The notes under the pieces: generated by a model
Databases searched by the model: none
What the model was told of the DNA's origin: nothing
The model's input: the letters and a program-made list of their open reading frames with translations, nothing else
Translations under genes and position numbers: made by a program
From: the human T2T-CHM13v2.0 reference genome, Homo sapiens
NCBI RefSeq assembly: GCF_009914755.1
Contig: NC_060929.1
Length of the DNA stretch: 64,000 nucleotides
Reading direction: 5' to 3' (one strand)
Part shown: piece after piece, positions 40,390 through 56,200 of the stretch
Layout of the letters: every line of letters starts with the position of its first letter
Numbering within the stretch: the first letter of the stretch is position 1

Positions 40390-40685
40390 TTTTCTTTTTC
40401 TGAGACAGAGTCTCGCTGTGTCGCCCAGGCTGAAGGGTAGTGGTGTGATCTCGGCTCACTGCAACTTCTGCCTCCTGGGTTCCAGCAATTCTCCCTGCCT
40501 TAGCCTTCTGAGTAGCTGGGATTACAGGTGCCCACCACCACGTCTGGCTAATTTTTGTGTTTTTTAGTAGAGACAGGGTTTTGCCATGTTGGCCAGGCTG
40601 GTCTTCAACTCCTGACCTCAGGTGATCCGCCTGCCTAGGCCTCCCAAAGTGCTGGGATTACAGGTGTGAGCCACCATGCCCAGCC
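40390..40685 (-). mobile_element. Alu (AluS-like) inserted into a MIR
   Basis: Full Alu. TSD-like tgtaccgtttc / tgtatcgtttc; MIR sequence resumes on both sides. Confidence 0.96.
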
Positions 40686-40818
40686 TGTATCGTTTCATTT
40701 AATTCCTCCAATTATCCCACGAGGCAGGGACTTTTAATATCACCTCCATTTCATGATTGAAGCATGTGGTAGTGCCAAGATTTGAGTCCAAGCAAGACTG
40801 AGTCCAGGAATGAGGCCC

Positions 40819-41335
40819 ATGTTAGTTTCCTATGGCTGCTGTAACAGATTACCATGGATTTGGTGGCTCAAGGCACCACACATTTATTCTCTTACAGTTT
40901 TGCAGTCAGAAGTCTAAAATGGGTTTCTGGGGTGCGTTTCTTTCAGGGGAGAATTTGCTGCCTTGCCTTTTGCAGCTTGTAGAGACCACCCATGCCCCTC
41001 GGCTCATGGCTGCTTCATTGCGTCACTTCAACCTCTTCTTTTTGTTACTCAACGATTTTTTAAAAAATATATTTGAACACAGCTCCAAACAGCCATTGAA
41101 GCCTCTTGCTTCTGTTGTCACATCTCCTGACACTCACTGTGATCTCCACTTCCTGGGACCTTCCTCTTACAAGGCCCCTCGTGATTACCCTTAGAGCTTA
41201 TCTGAACAATCCAGGATAACTCCTCCATCTCAGGATCCTTAATGTTGTCCCATGTGCCAGGTCCCTTTTGCCATGTAAGACAACATTCATAGGTTTCTGG
41301 GATGAGGTCATGGACATCTTTGGGGGCCTATTAGC
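40819..41335 (-). mobile_element. MLT1-family (ERVL-MaLR) solo LTR
   Basis: ttagtttcctatggctgctgtaacagattacca...tttattctcttacagtt...aatccaggataactcctccatctcaggatccttaa...tggacatctttgggggcc. Confidence 0.85.
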
Positions 41336-41412
41336 TCAATGCCAGGGTACTGAGGCAGGACAAGGGCTCCCCAGGCGGGATGAATACATGAAGATTCACA
41401 TAATGGACAGCT

Positions 41413-41614
41413 CCAGGGGTTGGCAAACAACTGCCCACAAGCCTAATCCCATCCAATGCAGCCTGTTTTTGTAAAACTGGTTTTACGCATTCACTTTTGT
41501 ATTGTCGATCTGCTTTTGCATTACAATAGCTGGGTAGTTGACACACAGGCCATATGGCTTGCAAAGCTAAAATATTTTCTATCTGGATTTTTATAGAAAT
41601 TTTGTTGGCCCTTG
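41413..41614. mobile_element. MER58A-like MITE, opposite orientation to the 19.7 kb copy
   Basis: ccaggggttggcaaac...gcctgtttttgtaaa...gcaaagctaaaatattttctatctgg. Confidence 0.8.
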
Positions 41615-41876
41615 GCTGCTGTAGAACTGAACCATCCTGTCTCTGCCTTTGTCAGTGATTAAATGTGATATGCTAGGCAAGGCACATAACTGCTCGGAAA
41701 GAAGAGGGGTTTAGGTCAGAGGCATTCAAAACTTAAAAACCACAAAAAACATTTTCAGAAATCCCAACTGGCAAGTAGTAGCATTGGGATTCAAAAGCAG
41801 GTAGTCTCACTCCTACCTTGGAAGATCAGTCCCGCTCTTTCTGGAACCTGCAATGCCGTGATGGAATCGGAACCTA

Positions 41877-42471
<595 letters not shown>

Positions 42472-44209
42472 GAACTACGGAAAAAGCTAAGAATAGAGCC
42501 TTTACTTAAGTGTAGAGGGTAGTATACAGGATGCTCTTTTGCAGCAACTAGGACTGAAGGCCTCTTCTGGGGCAGGCGTGGTGTTTCCCCACTTAGGAAG
42601 AAGCCTAAACTCTGAAATCAACGGAGGTGGCTGTAACCACCTTTGGAGAGCTCCAACTTGGCTTCTGCCCCTGGCTTCCACTGTTCCCTTCTGAGTGTCA
42701 ACGTGGGGCTCTCCACTGCATCCCTCAAGATAGCCATCTTTGATCTGGAGGAGACACGTCCAGCTGCAGCCACCCCACCCTGGCAACCTTAATAAGGCTG
42801 ATGTTTCCCTCTGTCTCCTCCGATTAGGCCATCGCTTTTTCACTCTGTGCTTTCCTGGCTCTGGTTGTAATCTGCGTGTTGTGTGTCCATAACACCATGT
42901 AATTGGCTCTAATGCAACAATATTATCTGTGAGCATGTATCACATAATTGCAAAACCAGGCATCTGCAGTAAGTGCCACTGCAGCCCCTCTGTGTGCCAA
43001 CCTTCCTGTGGGTATTCTTGGAATCTCTCCTCTTGCCATCCACATAGGTGGGGATCCAGACTCCTTGGGTCCAAGAGATCCTCTTGGTGGGCTGGCCCAC
43101 TCATGTCCTGTCTCAAGGCAGATAGACTTCTCCCTAAGTCTACATAAGCAAGCTGGTTTCCTCCTTAATGGCCCCCAAGAAGGAGACTCTTGGTAAGTCA
43201 TCAGCCACCATGACGACAGGATATCTATTTAATAAAGTGGGCTGAGACATGCCCTGAGTTGTACTTACAAATGTGGGCATCCAATGGCCAGCACAGCAAG
43301 CCTAGAAGAAAGTGCAATCTCTGCCAGTGCCTACAGTGAATTAACAGAGGTGGATGCAGCCAAAGTACCAGACTCCTTTCCTGAAGAGCAGCTGAGAGTA
43401 TAAGTCCTGTGGCCGGACCCTGTGAGAAACACCTAAACCACAGGCAGGGGACGATGTGCACAGAGGGGTTCTGGCAGTGTGCAGACCTCAAGGGGAACTC
43501 ACTGCTGGCCATCCCTCTTGCTTGGCTCAGGCAGGGCAAGAGGAATGAAACTGGGGACACTACAGATTCTTGGGGCTGTCCTTTATGTGCCTGCTCTCCT
43601 CTCTGGCTCACAGGTCAAAGCAAGCCACTCTTCTCAGTCTTGCTGGGCAGCTGCTGATGGGCAGCCAACATGGGACCAGGAATCAGGGCCTACTGCTGAT
43701 GACCAGGCCCTACGACACTCAGGTCCTAAGAGTGATCGTTATTGGCTGACTCAGCTCTATTAGAATCTGCATGGATGGCTTCTCTTTGTGGACTTGGCCC
43801 CAGGAGAGCATACACTGAATGCTCAACCCCACTCTCTCAACCTCAGGTTGAGAGGGGCATCCCCAAGCCTCCCGCTCAGCCCAGGGCCTCCATCCTCAGC
43901 ACCTCCTCCTAAGTACGCTATCATTTTTAAGTGAAACTCCCTTTACTGTTTCCCTCATCTCCAGGTTGAACTTACCCTTCTCATCCAGCTGTACACTGCT
44001 CTAATGTGCCTGGGGGCTCTAGGAAGCTCCAGAAACCAGGAATAAGAACGATGCAATAAAGCATCCTTAGAGAAAACCTAAGCAGAATAGTATAGGTTCT
44101 CCTGTGAACACACTACTTTCCTCTAATGAGCTAGACTAGTCAAGGATATCGCTTTGAAGCTTGCCAAAATCTTCCAGTAAAGGTATCTATGATGTTCATA
44201 ATAGCAGAA

Positions 44210-44440
44210 ATAATGCTGATACTATTTATGAAGTGTTTACTAAGTCCCAGCACTAGCCTGAGCACTTTTCATACATTATCTCATTTAATTCTCCCAACAC
44301 TCCTGAGATATTATTACTTCCACTTGGAAGCCCAGGAAATGACATAAACTCTGCTCAGATCTCACAGCCAGAGGTGCGGAGCCAATATTCAAAGCCCAGA
44401 GGTGTGACACCAGGACCTATATTTTTCATCATTACACAAA
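44210..44440 (-). mobile_element. MIR
   Basis: gcacttttcatacattatctcatttaattctcccaaca. Confidence 0.65.
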
Positions 44441-47400
44441 ACTGCCTCTTACAGGATTGTCTTCAGACAGACAGATGTCACCTTTCCAGCTTCCACATTT
44501 TTCCAAGGTGGAGGTGAATCACATGAGTTTGTGAGGGACCCATCCTTTACTGGTCCCAGAAGTGGCAGGGAACATGGTGTTGGCCTCACTGCTGAGGCTG
44601 CTCCAAGGCAACAGCACTAGACAGCCCTCCTCCTGTCCAAGGAGCAGGGACAGCTCAGCACAGACAGGGAAGCAGGAGAGGCAACGCAGGACAGAGGACA
44701 ACTAGGTCCCAAAGGCGTCTAAGGTCAAAGTTTGGCTAACACGTATCAGTGTTGCCAAAAGCCTAGTGGCCCTTACTGTTGGATAGGTTGACTGGAAATT
44801 TTAAGAATACCCTGTAGAATAGAAAGTACAGATCTGCCTGCTCCTTAAGCAAAGCTTCTCTTTTGCTTGTTTGGAGTGGGCGATGGGTCTCCAAGGGCAT
44901 ATGAGGCGGGAGGAGTAAGAGAGATTGGTGGGGGTGGGGGAGAGTGGAGGGAGAGGTGAGACAAGGGTGGGAAGCCATCTCTTTCGCATTACCTGCTTTC
45001 CTGGACTATCCTGGGTGCTGCATATTACTGAGTTCCTTGATCTCCCTGTGGACCGTTTAAATTAAAGCTCATAACCATTGTGTGGGCATATAATGAAAAC
45101 AACTGATGCTGCACTGATTAGTCCATTACTCTCAACTGTTAGAAAACATAATGATCTCACAAGGGGCCTTATTCACTGACGTATAGCAGTCGAGCTCTCA
45201 TTTGACACCTCAAATTAGCAGCCAAAGCAATAACAGCTGGGGTTTTTGTCTCAATATTTGTACCCGACTCTAAAGTGATTTGGCACCGGGTGAGCGTTAT
45301 TTTTAAACACACAGCTCTCACCGCCAAGTAACATTTTAAATGGTCTCCAGGTGTCATGTAAAACCTACAGAAATAAATAAAAACAATCAGCTGCCAATTT
45401 GGGCCTTTGATAATACAGATTCCTTAACAAAAGGGCTTGTCTTTGGTTCTTTTATTATATATTCATATTATGACAGGCAGAAATTCGTCTCCATCCACTC
45501 GGCAGAGCCTCGGTGTTCAAAGAAAAACAATACCTCCGAAAAATGTTAAAAGTGGAAGATCAAAAGAGAAAGATAAATCCTCAAATCCTGTCACTACTCA
45601 ATCAGATCCTGTGTTTGGGGGTCCCTTGACTCCGAAGAACTCCTTATTCATTTACTGAGATGATCACAGATACTGCCTAGCAGTGATTCAGAATGGCTCA
45701 ACTGCCTTCCAATGATGGAGTTTATTTTAAAATGTACTTTAAATGACCATGTGAATGAGATGGCCTTGGTCTCCCAATTCTGTTTCATCATCTACAGACT
45801 GAGACCATGGACAGTCTTGACTTAGAAATCAGGCAATTGCCAACGTGTCCACAGATGCAAGAGTGACCTCCAACTTACATTACTGGACAGGTGAGTTTGC
45901 AGTTGAAAAGGGAAGAAACAGGCAATTTCCACCTCAGCTGCATTTGGTGCCTAGCCAGTAAGAGAGGAAGAAGAGGGACATTTTGAAAATATCCATGAAT
46001 GTGTATACTAGGCATGGGCAGAGAGCAAGTCTGTTTCATGTAGTTACGTAGCCAGAGCCTGGCCCAGTGTTTGGCACATAGGAAGCCTCACTGTTTACTG
46101 AATGGGCTGGCGAATATCAAAGCATGAACAGTCAGGTTTTTGGCATCTTTTGATACAAATAAATTCCCACTCTGAACAGCCTTCTGGGCTAATCCAGGAG
46201 TACAAACACAATTGCCTACGGGAGTGAGGCTTGTCATATAAGTGAGTGAGCTGCGTGGGGACTGTCGTAAACCCAGCCTTACTAAATGGGATCGTCACTT
46301 CTTGTTTCAAGAGACTGTGTTATGCTGGAATGGGGGTGCAGCATTGCCAGTTCTTCCCTTTTGTTATTTTTAAAGAGAAAGCCAGACGTCTAGAATTTTC
46401 ATATGAGGTCTCCTGGTTTTTTAATATTGGCAGCTAAAACACCTTGAGTATCAAAACCCACAAATGAAACACCTGGGGGCTGGATCTGGCTTGCAGGTGC
46501 CAGTTTTTGGTCTCCGAACCAAACAAATTCATTCAATAATTTAAATCAGAAAAAAATATAGTAAGAAAATCAAAGTGCTTCAATGGCATTATGGTGAAAT
46601 GTAGTTGAAACCTTCCTTCTACACTGCAACTCCCAAAGGGCAGCCACCAGTGATGAATTATCTTTAAATGATTGTAAATTATTCATTGTTTCTCCCCCCA
46701 CAACCATCATTACTTGGGGACAAAGAGCCCTGAATAAGTTTCTGTTTCTAAAGGTAAGACTGTTTTCCACCAGGCAGGTGAGCTCTTGTCTGGTTTTTGC
46801 ATGCTACTCATTAGTTCTGTGGCCAAACATATAGGCCACTTTTTGTGGACAGTCGAAACTGAGCCACTTCAGAGCTGTTAGAAAAAGCTGCACAGGGTGC
46901 ATGAGGCTCTGTTCCTGGGCTGAGATGCCAGAGAGGTCCTGCTTTTTATCCTCTGATATTTGCAAGGGAGGGAGTCTCCCAGGAAGCTGAGTGCAATTTA
47001 GAGCTTGGGCTAACTGGGCTCAGCAATGGGCAGGGGACTCCAGTGCTTACTCAATGGGTTTCTGGTCATCCCTGGCAGCCAGGGATCAATGATGTGGAAT
47101 CTGGTCTCTTCCAGACTGCCATCTGACTGGACAATCTATTGGGCACTAGAGTGGCCATTTCCCAAGCAGTGGCCAAAGGCCTGGAAGGCCCTAGAAAGGG
47201 AGGGTGTTGTCCTCATGCTGAATGCAAAACGTTCCCTCTAGCAAAATGCTAGAGATTAAAAGGTGATGGCATGAACAGGACATGAAAGCTGGCTTCACTT
47301 ACTATTGTTTCCTGTCTGCTAATATAGGGGCAAGCAGACAGCAATAAAGAGAACTGGATAAAGAGCCAAAAGACCTGCTTTCTGGCCTGGTTCTTCCACG

Positions 47401-48024
47401 AATTTTTCCTATGGCTGTGGGCAAGTCATTTAACCTTTGTGAGGGAGTTTCTTTTTTTTTAAATGAAGTGGTGGAACCAGCTGACCTCCAGGGTCTTTCT
47501 AGCCTAAATTTCACTCTCTAATTCCAATTGGGTTGTGCTGGCTCTAAAATAGCATTTCTGGATTGGGAATCATTTTCCAGATGTTAGAAGAAGTGGTCAT
47601 GGATGCCCAGATCTGCCCAGCTCTGCACAGACAGGACATCCGGCCAAAGTCTGGAAGTCACAACTAGCCCCCAGTGTGCAGCATGTGAAAACAGTGAGGC
47701 AGGGCCGGCTCTTTTTCTTTCTCTGTTTATGCAAATACCTGGCTCAGCTTCTGTGGGGTTAATGGGCTTGGTTCCCTAACCGGCTGCCGCATCTCTAGTA
47801 TACCTGTGGAGACAGGAAGGGCTCAGGCAGGGGAGTGATTTTCTTACCCAGTTGACTTTGTGGAAGTCATTTGCAAGGCTGTGAGAAGCAAATAATGGGG
47901 ATCAGGGAACGAATTTACACTGAAAGGGCTTCCTTTTGGTGGGCCATTGTTGTAAGGATCACACTCCCGGGTTTGGATAAAAATGGGTGTTTTGTGGGTA
48001 TAAGACCCAGATGCTTAAATTTAG

Positions 48025-48351
<327 letters not shown>

Positions 48352-48547
48352 TGGAGGTGGAAGGTGAGGGGAGTGGCAGATATTTCAAAGATTTACTGCT
48401 AGAAAAGACACTGTTTAAACATTCTTAATGGATGTGAAATGGCTGGAGAGATTTGGAGCAGGACAGGGAAGCAGACCTGGTGGGAGCTATGGTGATTTGC
48501 AGAACATGCCCTGTCCAGACAGGGTACCCACCCACACTTCGCTCCCA

Positions 48548-48756
48548 GCTTGCACCGTCCAATAAGGTAGCCATGAGCTACACGTGGCAATTCACACTGG
48601 AATCAATTAAAATTAAAAATTTAAAAATTCAGTTTCTCAGTTGTGTAAGATGCACTTCAAGTGCTCAAGAGTCACGTGTGGCCAGGGGCTTCCATCCTGG
48701 ATAACACAGAGATGCAATATTTCCCTCATCACAGAAAGTTCTATTGGACGGTGCTG
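48548..48756. mobile_element. MER3-like hAT-Charlie MITE
   Basis: gtccaataaggtagcca...ttcaagtgctcaagagtcacgtgtggc...acagaaagttctattggac. Confidence 0.8.
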
Positions 48757-49083
48757 CTGGAGAGATCCTAGCCACAGGCGGGCCCAGGGTTGGCAAACCT
48801 TCTAGATATTCATTGGAAGTTGAATTATAAATTTTACATAAAATTACTTGAGTTTTAAATGTTGGCAACAAATTCTAATTATTTGTAAACAAAAAAATTA
48901 AAGAAAAATATAAAATCCCACATCTGCTGTTTTCATTCAACCCATGGGCCAGCAGTTGGAGTCCTCCGATTTAGTTACAAGTTAAAAGAAAATGGACTCT
49001 CTAGAGCTTTTTGACAATGAGTTTGAAGAATCCAAATATGACCTTGGAGAAATGGAGTCATTATTTCCTTCATCCCTCCTTCA

Positions 49084-49580
<497 letters not shown>

Positions 49581-51809
49581 CATCCCTTACTTTTTAATAC
49601 CTTCAAAGATAGAAAATGAAAGCTCAGGGAAAAGTAGGAATGTTGATCCTGTTCTTCCCAGCCTTGTGTCTCCATCACCTTCTCCACATCATCCTTCCTT
49701 CCATTAAGCCAGTGGGTAGGAGAGGGCCAAATTCCTGTGAAAGCTCCTAGGATCTTGACTTTCAAGACTCAGGTCTATAGAAAAGCAGACTCTCAGCCAC
49801 AGGTAAGCTGAGCTGTCCAATCTTGGGCATCCCTGGTGGGAATGGCAGCAGCTGTGGCAGGCAGGTTTGGCTGTTCAAGAGGAACAAGGCTCCCTGGCTT
49901 GGAGGTCCATGAGTGTCATGGGATGAGCGCTGATCTAGAGGCAAGTTATTCACTAAACATTCTCAAATACTGGTCACCAAAGCCCCTGCTGGGAGCTGAG
50001 GGGATGGTGAAAGGGCAGAGGCTGACCATCAGGCAGGGGCACCTTTGCAAATCAGCACAGAAGCCCGGTCTTAGGAGTGAACTGACCGCTGTAGGCATGT
50101 GGCTGCTCTACGGTATTTCCCCTGCCCTCCACATCTTGCCCTTGAAAGAAAACTCTCTGGAATCTTTCTCCAAACATGGAGAACTATTTTTCCCGTTTGT
50201 TCTAGGTGGGACAAAGCATTTCAAAAGACTGCTCCCAAACCAAGTTTGTCAAGTCTGAATTCCAGTGCAGAGATCTGGCAGCTGGAATGTGTGGCCCCTG
50301 GGGACAGCAAGACCACCACGACTTGCCGACTCCCCCTAAGCGCTACTCACGGGAGAAGTTAACAGGAGGTTCGTTGATTCAAGATCCTTTGCTGATCAAA
50401 AACAATTCAATTATCTTCTCCACATCCTCTTAACCCAGGAATGTACACCAATACATTTTCAACTTCAGAGATGAAACTAGCTTTTGGTTAACAGGAAAGT
50501 GAAATCAACTAGAAAACCACAAGTTTCCCGCAGATTCCAGGTATTTTAAAGGTGAAAGTGCTACTTACTTAAATGGAAAAAAAAAATTTAGATTTCAAAG
50601 TAATTTTTACTTTTTCCTTAAGCTGGGGTTCTCAAAACCAAGCTAGTCATTTGAAGAGCATGACTGTCATGGAACCTGGAGTCTGGATGACTAAGAAGGA
50701 GGTGTGTGTTGAGTGGCACGAGAGCATTTATAGAAAACCCAGTTTCTTTCCTAGTATTCTAGGGGCTGAATGGAAGTTACAGATGCTTTCTATAGAGTGC
50801 AATTTTAATCCTGATTGCATGAACATATCACAATTTACAGCACAGTACCAAAAGAAAAATATCTGGAGATATTTTAAGACTTTCATTAAGCCATGACAGT
50901 TCTATATTCAAAACTATGTCATGACTAAACACCCTGATAAAATGTTTGTAGCTCCCAGAGAAACCCAGGTGAAACATTTTATAAATAAATAAAAATGAGT
51001 CTAGTCTCTGCTGTAACACACCAATTTTCACTGTAGCTCCGATTTTGTTCCTTATTAAAATGAGAAAGAAAGATCACCATTTAGCCAGAGAAATGCAAAA
51101 TCAAAGGTAATGTGAAAAGTGGACTGGTTCAGTAAAATACTACGTTGTTCAACATTTAAAATGATTCCAGGACAACCATATCTTGTTCTCTTCAGAGACA
51201 AGCCATAACAGGGACTCTAGAGACTGGTGTTGTGGGCTTCAATTCAGTTAATTAATTTCAACTCGATTTGGTTCCACATACTTTAACCGGCCACTTAGTA
51301 CGTGCCAGGAGTGAGTGAGATGTGGACATAAAGCAGAGAAACAGTACAGAAGTATTTACCAGCTTTACTTATTATGAGCGTCCCGATTGGGAGCCTGCTA
51401 TTTGCTAGGCACACACCAACGATATCTCTTTTAACCAACACAGCTATTCTCAGGGTTGGGAATTACAGTTTCCATTTTTCAATAAGGAAATGAACTCCAA
51501 ACCACCTAGTCTGGTAAAGATGAGCTGGAAGCTGGTTCTATGAGAGGACTCTAACCCCTCCAAAGCTCAACCATGGCTCTGTACCTTTATGTCTGGGGCA
51601 GTTTTGTGGAACTGGATCTGTTGCTGATTAAGCTGAGGTCATAAATTTAGATCTAAGCACCCTAAGGGTCAGTGTTTCAATAACTATGGTTTCTGAAGTT
51701 TTCTGGGCATTCACTACAGATAATGATCTCACTAGTGCATATAATTGTTTCTATGTATGTGTGTTCCGGTAGGTGCTTTTAATTTTAATTTTTATTTTTG
51801 TTAAGGGCA

Positions 51810-52060
51810 GGTGCTCAGATATCAGGCAGAACTGGATCTGAGTTCGGAAAGAGTAGTCCCCTCGTACTTGCCACTGTGACTCTGGGCAAGTCAGTCAACT
51901 TTTCTAAGCATCAGTTTCCTGACTGGTGAAATGCAGTTCCTAGGATGTGCCTCATAAAGTTGTGGTGAAGATTTAATTGAGATGCCTCATTCTACTGACT
52001 TATCACAGTACCTAAAGATGCTCAAAAATAGAAGTAGACTCTCAAAAATAGTAGATGCTC
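51810..52060 (+). mobile_element. MIR
   Basis: tgtgactctgggcaagtcagtcaacttttctaagcatcagtttcct...gttgtggtgaagatttaattga. Confidence 0.7.
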
Positions 52061-52959
52061 AAACATGGGACTCTAACAAGATAATATAATCATACTAATA
52101 ATTATTGTACCATGGTACTATATATTATCGTTACGTCATTATTATTATTCGTTAATCCTCTGGCTCTGCATCCAGAGGAAGCTCAGCTGAAGTGGCCAAC
52201 ACACTGCGACTTGCATTAAACTCTGGGTTCTCTGAAGTGGGCAACATCGTGCTTGAATATCCTAACACCCTGTACCAGGACACCAACCCCGCTCTAGGAG
52301 AGTGAGCACACCCTGACCTAGGTTTCAGGACTGCTGTCGATTTTTTTCCACTGCCTTCCTCTTGTACCAGAAAATGACCTTTTCCCCATTCACTCTTCTG
52401 CGTCTACCTGTGGGGTTCCGCATCAGGCCACGTTGAACCCACCAGGATATGACTGAATTAGAACTACCCTAAAAATCTGGTTAGTTCTGCTATTGCTTTA
52501 ACTCTTCAATCTCTCCTCTCTAAACGTGGGCTTGGTGGCCTCAGTACACCAGTTGATCCAGGGGCCTGGGGAACAAGAACCAGGGCAGGTGGGGCGGCTC
52601 TTGTGATGAAGACGTGGAGCTAGGGTCACCTCTTGTTTTTCACCCTCATAGGCATAAAACCAATTACAACTGCTGTAACATCAAAGGCAATTTGGAGACT
52701 AGTTTAACCCTTGAGAAGAGCTCCTCAGAAGGTGAGACATGAGGGATTCGTGATTGCCTCTGGGGTGTCCTTGCTTAGGTTCGGGCGTCCTGGACTCCAC
52801 ATCACTAAGCTCTCTCTGTGTGTCCACTCCATCATGCTGGTGAGCTCTGGCCTATGGAGCTCAGCCTGCCAAGCACCTGCTCACTTCAAGCTTTACTGTA
52901 CCCAGCGCCCAGCACTGTGCTGGCCACACAGCGTGTCTTTTCTTCTTGGATGGGTCAGC

Positions 52960-53270
52960 ACAGGGGCCACGTGGGCTGGCAGTTAATGTAAATTGGTAGG
53001 GGTCAGTGGCAGAGTGGGGTCTACATGCCCCGTCCAAGGAGGACAGGTGTTCCCCAGCCACAGCTGACTGCAATGCAGAAATGCCGGCCCACAGTTGCCA
53101 GTGCTTCTAGTTTTTCCAGAGAAGCTGGAAATCTGGGCTTTTTATGTAAGATATCTCAATTTTTAAATGTGAAATGCTAATTTCAATTTTTAAAAAACAT
53201 TCCACAGGACAAAAGAAAAATCTCACCTATGGGAGCAATATGGTGTGTGGTCTAGTTTGTAGCCTCCGGT
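52960..53270. mobile_element. MER102-like hAT element; related fragments at ~6166-6365, 46345-46515 and 48785-48965
   Basis: Shared core gttgccag...tttttccagagaagctggaaatctgg...tttatgt...tttttaaatgt. Family name is from memory. Confidence 0.55.
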
Positions 53271-56200
53271 TTAAAGAGAGCTAAGAGCCGGATCATCCCT
53301 TGTTTCTGTCACAGACAAACATTTGCCCTCCCCCAGTCTCCTAAATAATACCCAAAACTTAATGGTGGGTTTTGAAAGGATGAACTATGCTTGGGATTCC
53401 CAATCTTACCAGGGGCTCCCTTCTGAACAATTGCATATAGGTGCCCAATGCGGACAGAAACACGGGTGAGGAGTCCCAAATTCTAAGTTCCCCTGTTACC
53501 GCCAACTTGCTGCTGACTTCAGGCAAGTCTCCTAGCCAGGGCCAGGCCTAGGGTGAACCAGGCGAGGTGCTCAGGGTGCAGAATGCTAGGTGGCATGGGC
53601 CTCTCTCCAGTGCCTGCTCTCTGGGTCTTAATCTGGACAGTGAGAGGTCATCCTGGAGACACCTAAGGTCCCACCAGCGCCAACCTATAATAATGTCAGT
53701 GAATTTCCAAAATTGGCAAGTGACATAAATGGGAGTGAGAGCTTCCAAACAGCACACGCCGGTTATCTATGGACCTGTTGGGATCTCCATGCCATTTACC
53801 TGGCACCAGTGATTTCTCAAGGGCAGACCAATCACCAGGAGATGAGAGCATTTTCAGGATGTGTTTCTGTTATCTGTGGTCCGGCATTTTTGACAACGTA
53901 TTTATTGAACTTCTGACTTGCTACCTTTAGTCAAGGGACAATGTCCAAAAGTATTTTTTATTCTCCCATAATACTACCGAAAAACAATTCATGACATATG
54001 TTATTAATCAGGTTTTCTCATTTTTGTTTAACTTGTCCCTACTTTTTTTTTTCATTAGAGTTAAGCATTTTTTTTTTTTTCTGACCCATGATGGTACGTT
54101 AGTCAGGGAGGTGCCACTATAACTGGTGAAATGCCTGGCCATCCTCAGCCTGGCTGGTATGGGCTAGAAACCCAGGGCTCAGAGCACCAGCACAGTGCAT
54201 CCTGACCACACAGAGCCAGGAATGCAGTCTTGGCATATTCAACTGCAGTATAAGCACGACTTACTTGGAGAAAACCTAGTGTTGTATGCGAATTACCAAA
54301 AGCATAGAACAGGTGGAAATTAAAGGGCAATGATTTGAGTAACAGCAGAGGGTCTGACTCACAGAGCCTCGGTCCCTCAATTAAGAACCTTAAATGCCAC
54401 AAAGTTGAGGCTGTATTTTTTTAGGAGGGGGAGACAGTTCTAGAAAGTAGAGCCCCCAAACTGTGGAGTGCCAAAGTCTATGGCAATGGCCACGAGTGGG
54501 AATAAATCATCTCTGGGGCGACAAGTGTATCAGTGAAAAAGCAGGACGAGTTCCTTACTCCTGCAAGTTTGATTTACCTTCAACTTTGTGGGCACCCGTT
54601 AACTGGGTAAAGGGAATGGCAGGGCCAATTTCACAAGCCTGTGAAAGGCTCCGACATTCTCCCCAGCGGGATTGTGAGTCATTGCTAGTTTGCCTCCATC
54701 AGTTCTTGAGGCCAGTTCACACCACCCTGCAGCCCACAGCCGCCATGCTTCAGGGCAGCCAAACACCATGGCAGCCTTGGCAACATGCATCCAAAAGGCA
54801 GCTTGGTAGAATGGTTAATCACACAGACTCTGCTGCTAATTAGCTAAGCAGTTACTTGCCTTCTCTGAGATGGGCTACTTTTTTTGTAAAAGCAGGGTGA
54901 GGGTAACAGTAGTTCTATTGAGAGATTGTGAGGATGGCAAGAGCTAGTGCATGTAAAAGCACTGGTGGTATCACTGGGCTTGAGTAACTGCTAGCGATTT
55001 TCATTTTCCTCATTATTCCTCCTCCGTAGTGGCATGGAAGGAATGAGAAGTTTCGCCCCCGATACTATGCTTTTCTTCTTACTTCCTGGAAAGGGGAGGG
55101 GATGGCTCCTTTCCCTGTCCACCATACTCTGCACTGGACATCCCCCATCGGGAATGAGTCAAAAATGAGGTTGAAGTGGGCAGATTTCAGTCTTTCCCAA
55201 CCTTGTACCAGTTCATTTCTTCTCATACATAGTCAGTGGTTCCCTCTCAGGCTCACCTCCAATGTTCTCATTCAATGTAACTGGTAAAACCATTGTCAGC
55301 CTCGATTGAAAGAAGTTTTATGGTATTTCCATCCACAGGAGGGATGGAATAACAGGGTTATTGCATGCGAAATACTTCTACTTGCAGTTGACATCCATAC
55401 ACTTTCCTTAAGTTAATTTGAGAGCTTTCTGGGACAACCAATGTGTCTTTGCTTGATTTCTACTTCATGCTGCCTAATGTCAGAGAAAACATACCCGAAA
55501 CATTACATTTTGTCTTCTTAATTTGCAGACTTTTAAGCTTTAGATATTTTAAAATGCTCTTTCTGGGGATAGGATGTTTTGAACTCTCCTCTTTCACTCA
55601 GAAATTTATCAAGCTAATGTGTAATACTGTCACTGAGTTCCTATTTATTATTTCATTGTCAGGATTCTTTATGGAGCCTAAATTGTGATTACAGAGAAGC
55701 ATTATAAAATGTCAATGTGTGGATGAGATTTGGAAGGTCTAGGGGTGGGGAGGGGAGGTTCTTTAAATGGAGATGTCAGCTCCAGCCAAGTTCAGAATGG
55801 CTCACCATTAAGATGGATGGTTTCAAAGCTGTGTGCCTCTGCTGGAAATTAAAAACCCATGGAATAACTGATTATGATTAATTTTAAGTACTTAGCCATG
55901 TGAAGCCAAATGAGAGTGTCTTTAAAACAAACCTATTGATCTGGCTTTGTTTGGAATTGAGAAGATAAACTAATCAGATCCTATGGGCTCTTTGCAATGA
56001 TAAGGAATGAGAACTTTTTTTTTTTTCTTTCAGTCACAGGTTTTTAAAGCTTCAACTTGGAGACACCTGGTGCATCTGGATACCGTTTTTTCGTTTTTTT
56101 TTTTTTTTTTTTTTTGTATCTGAGTAGAGGAGAGCTGTCCAAATCTGTCCTGGGCAAGGGCTTGATGGGGGTGAGGGTGTATAGGGGCAAAGTTAGGAAA

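Noticed and set aside
52012-52064. Repeated agatgctcaaaaatag units
   Set aside because: Local slippage duplication at a MIR 3' end; not an array with spacers.
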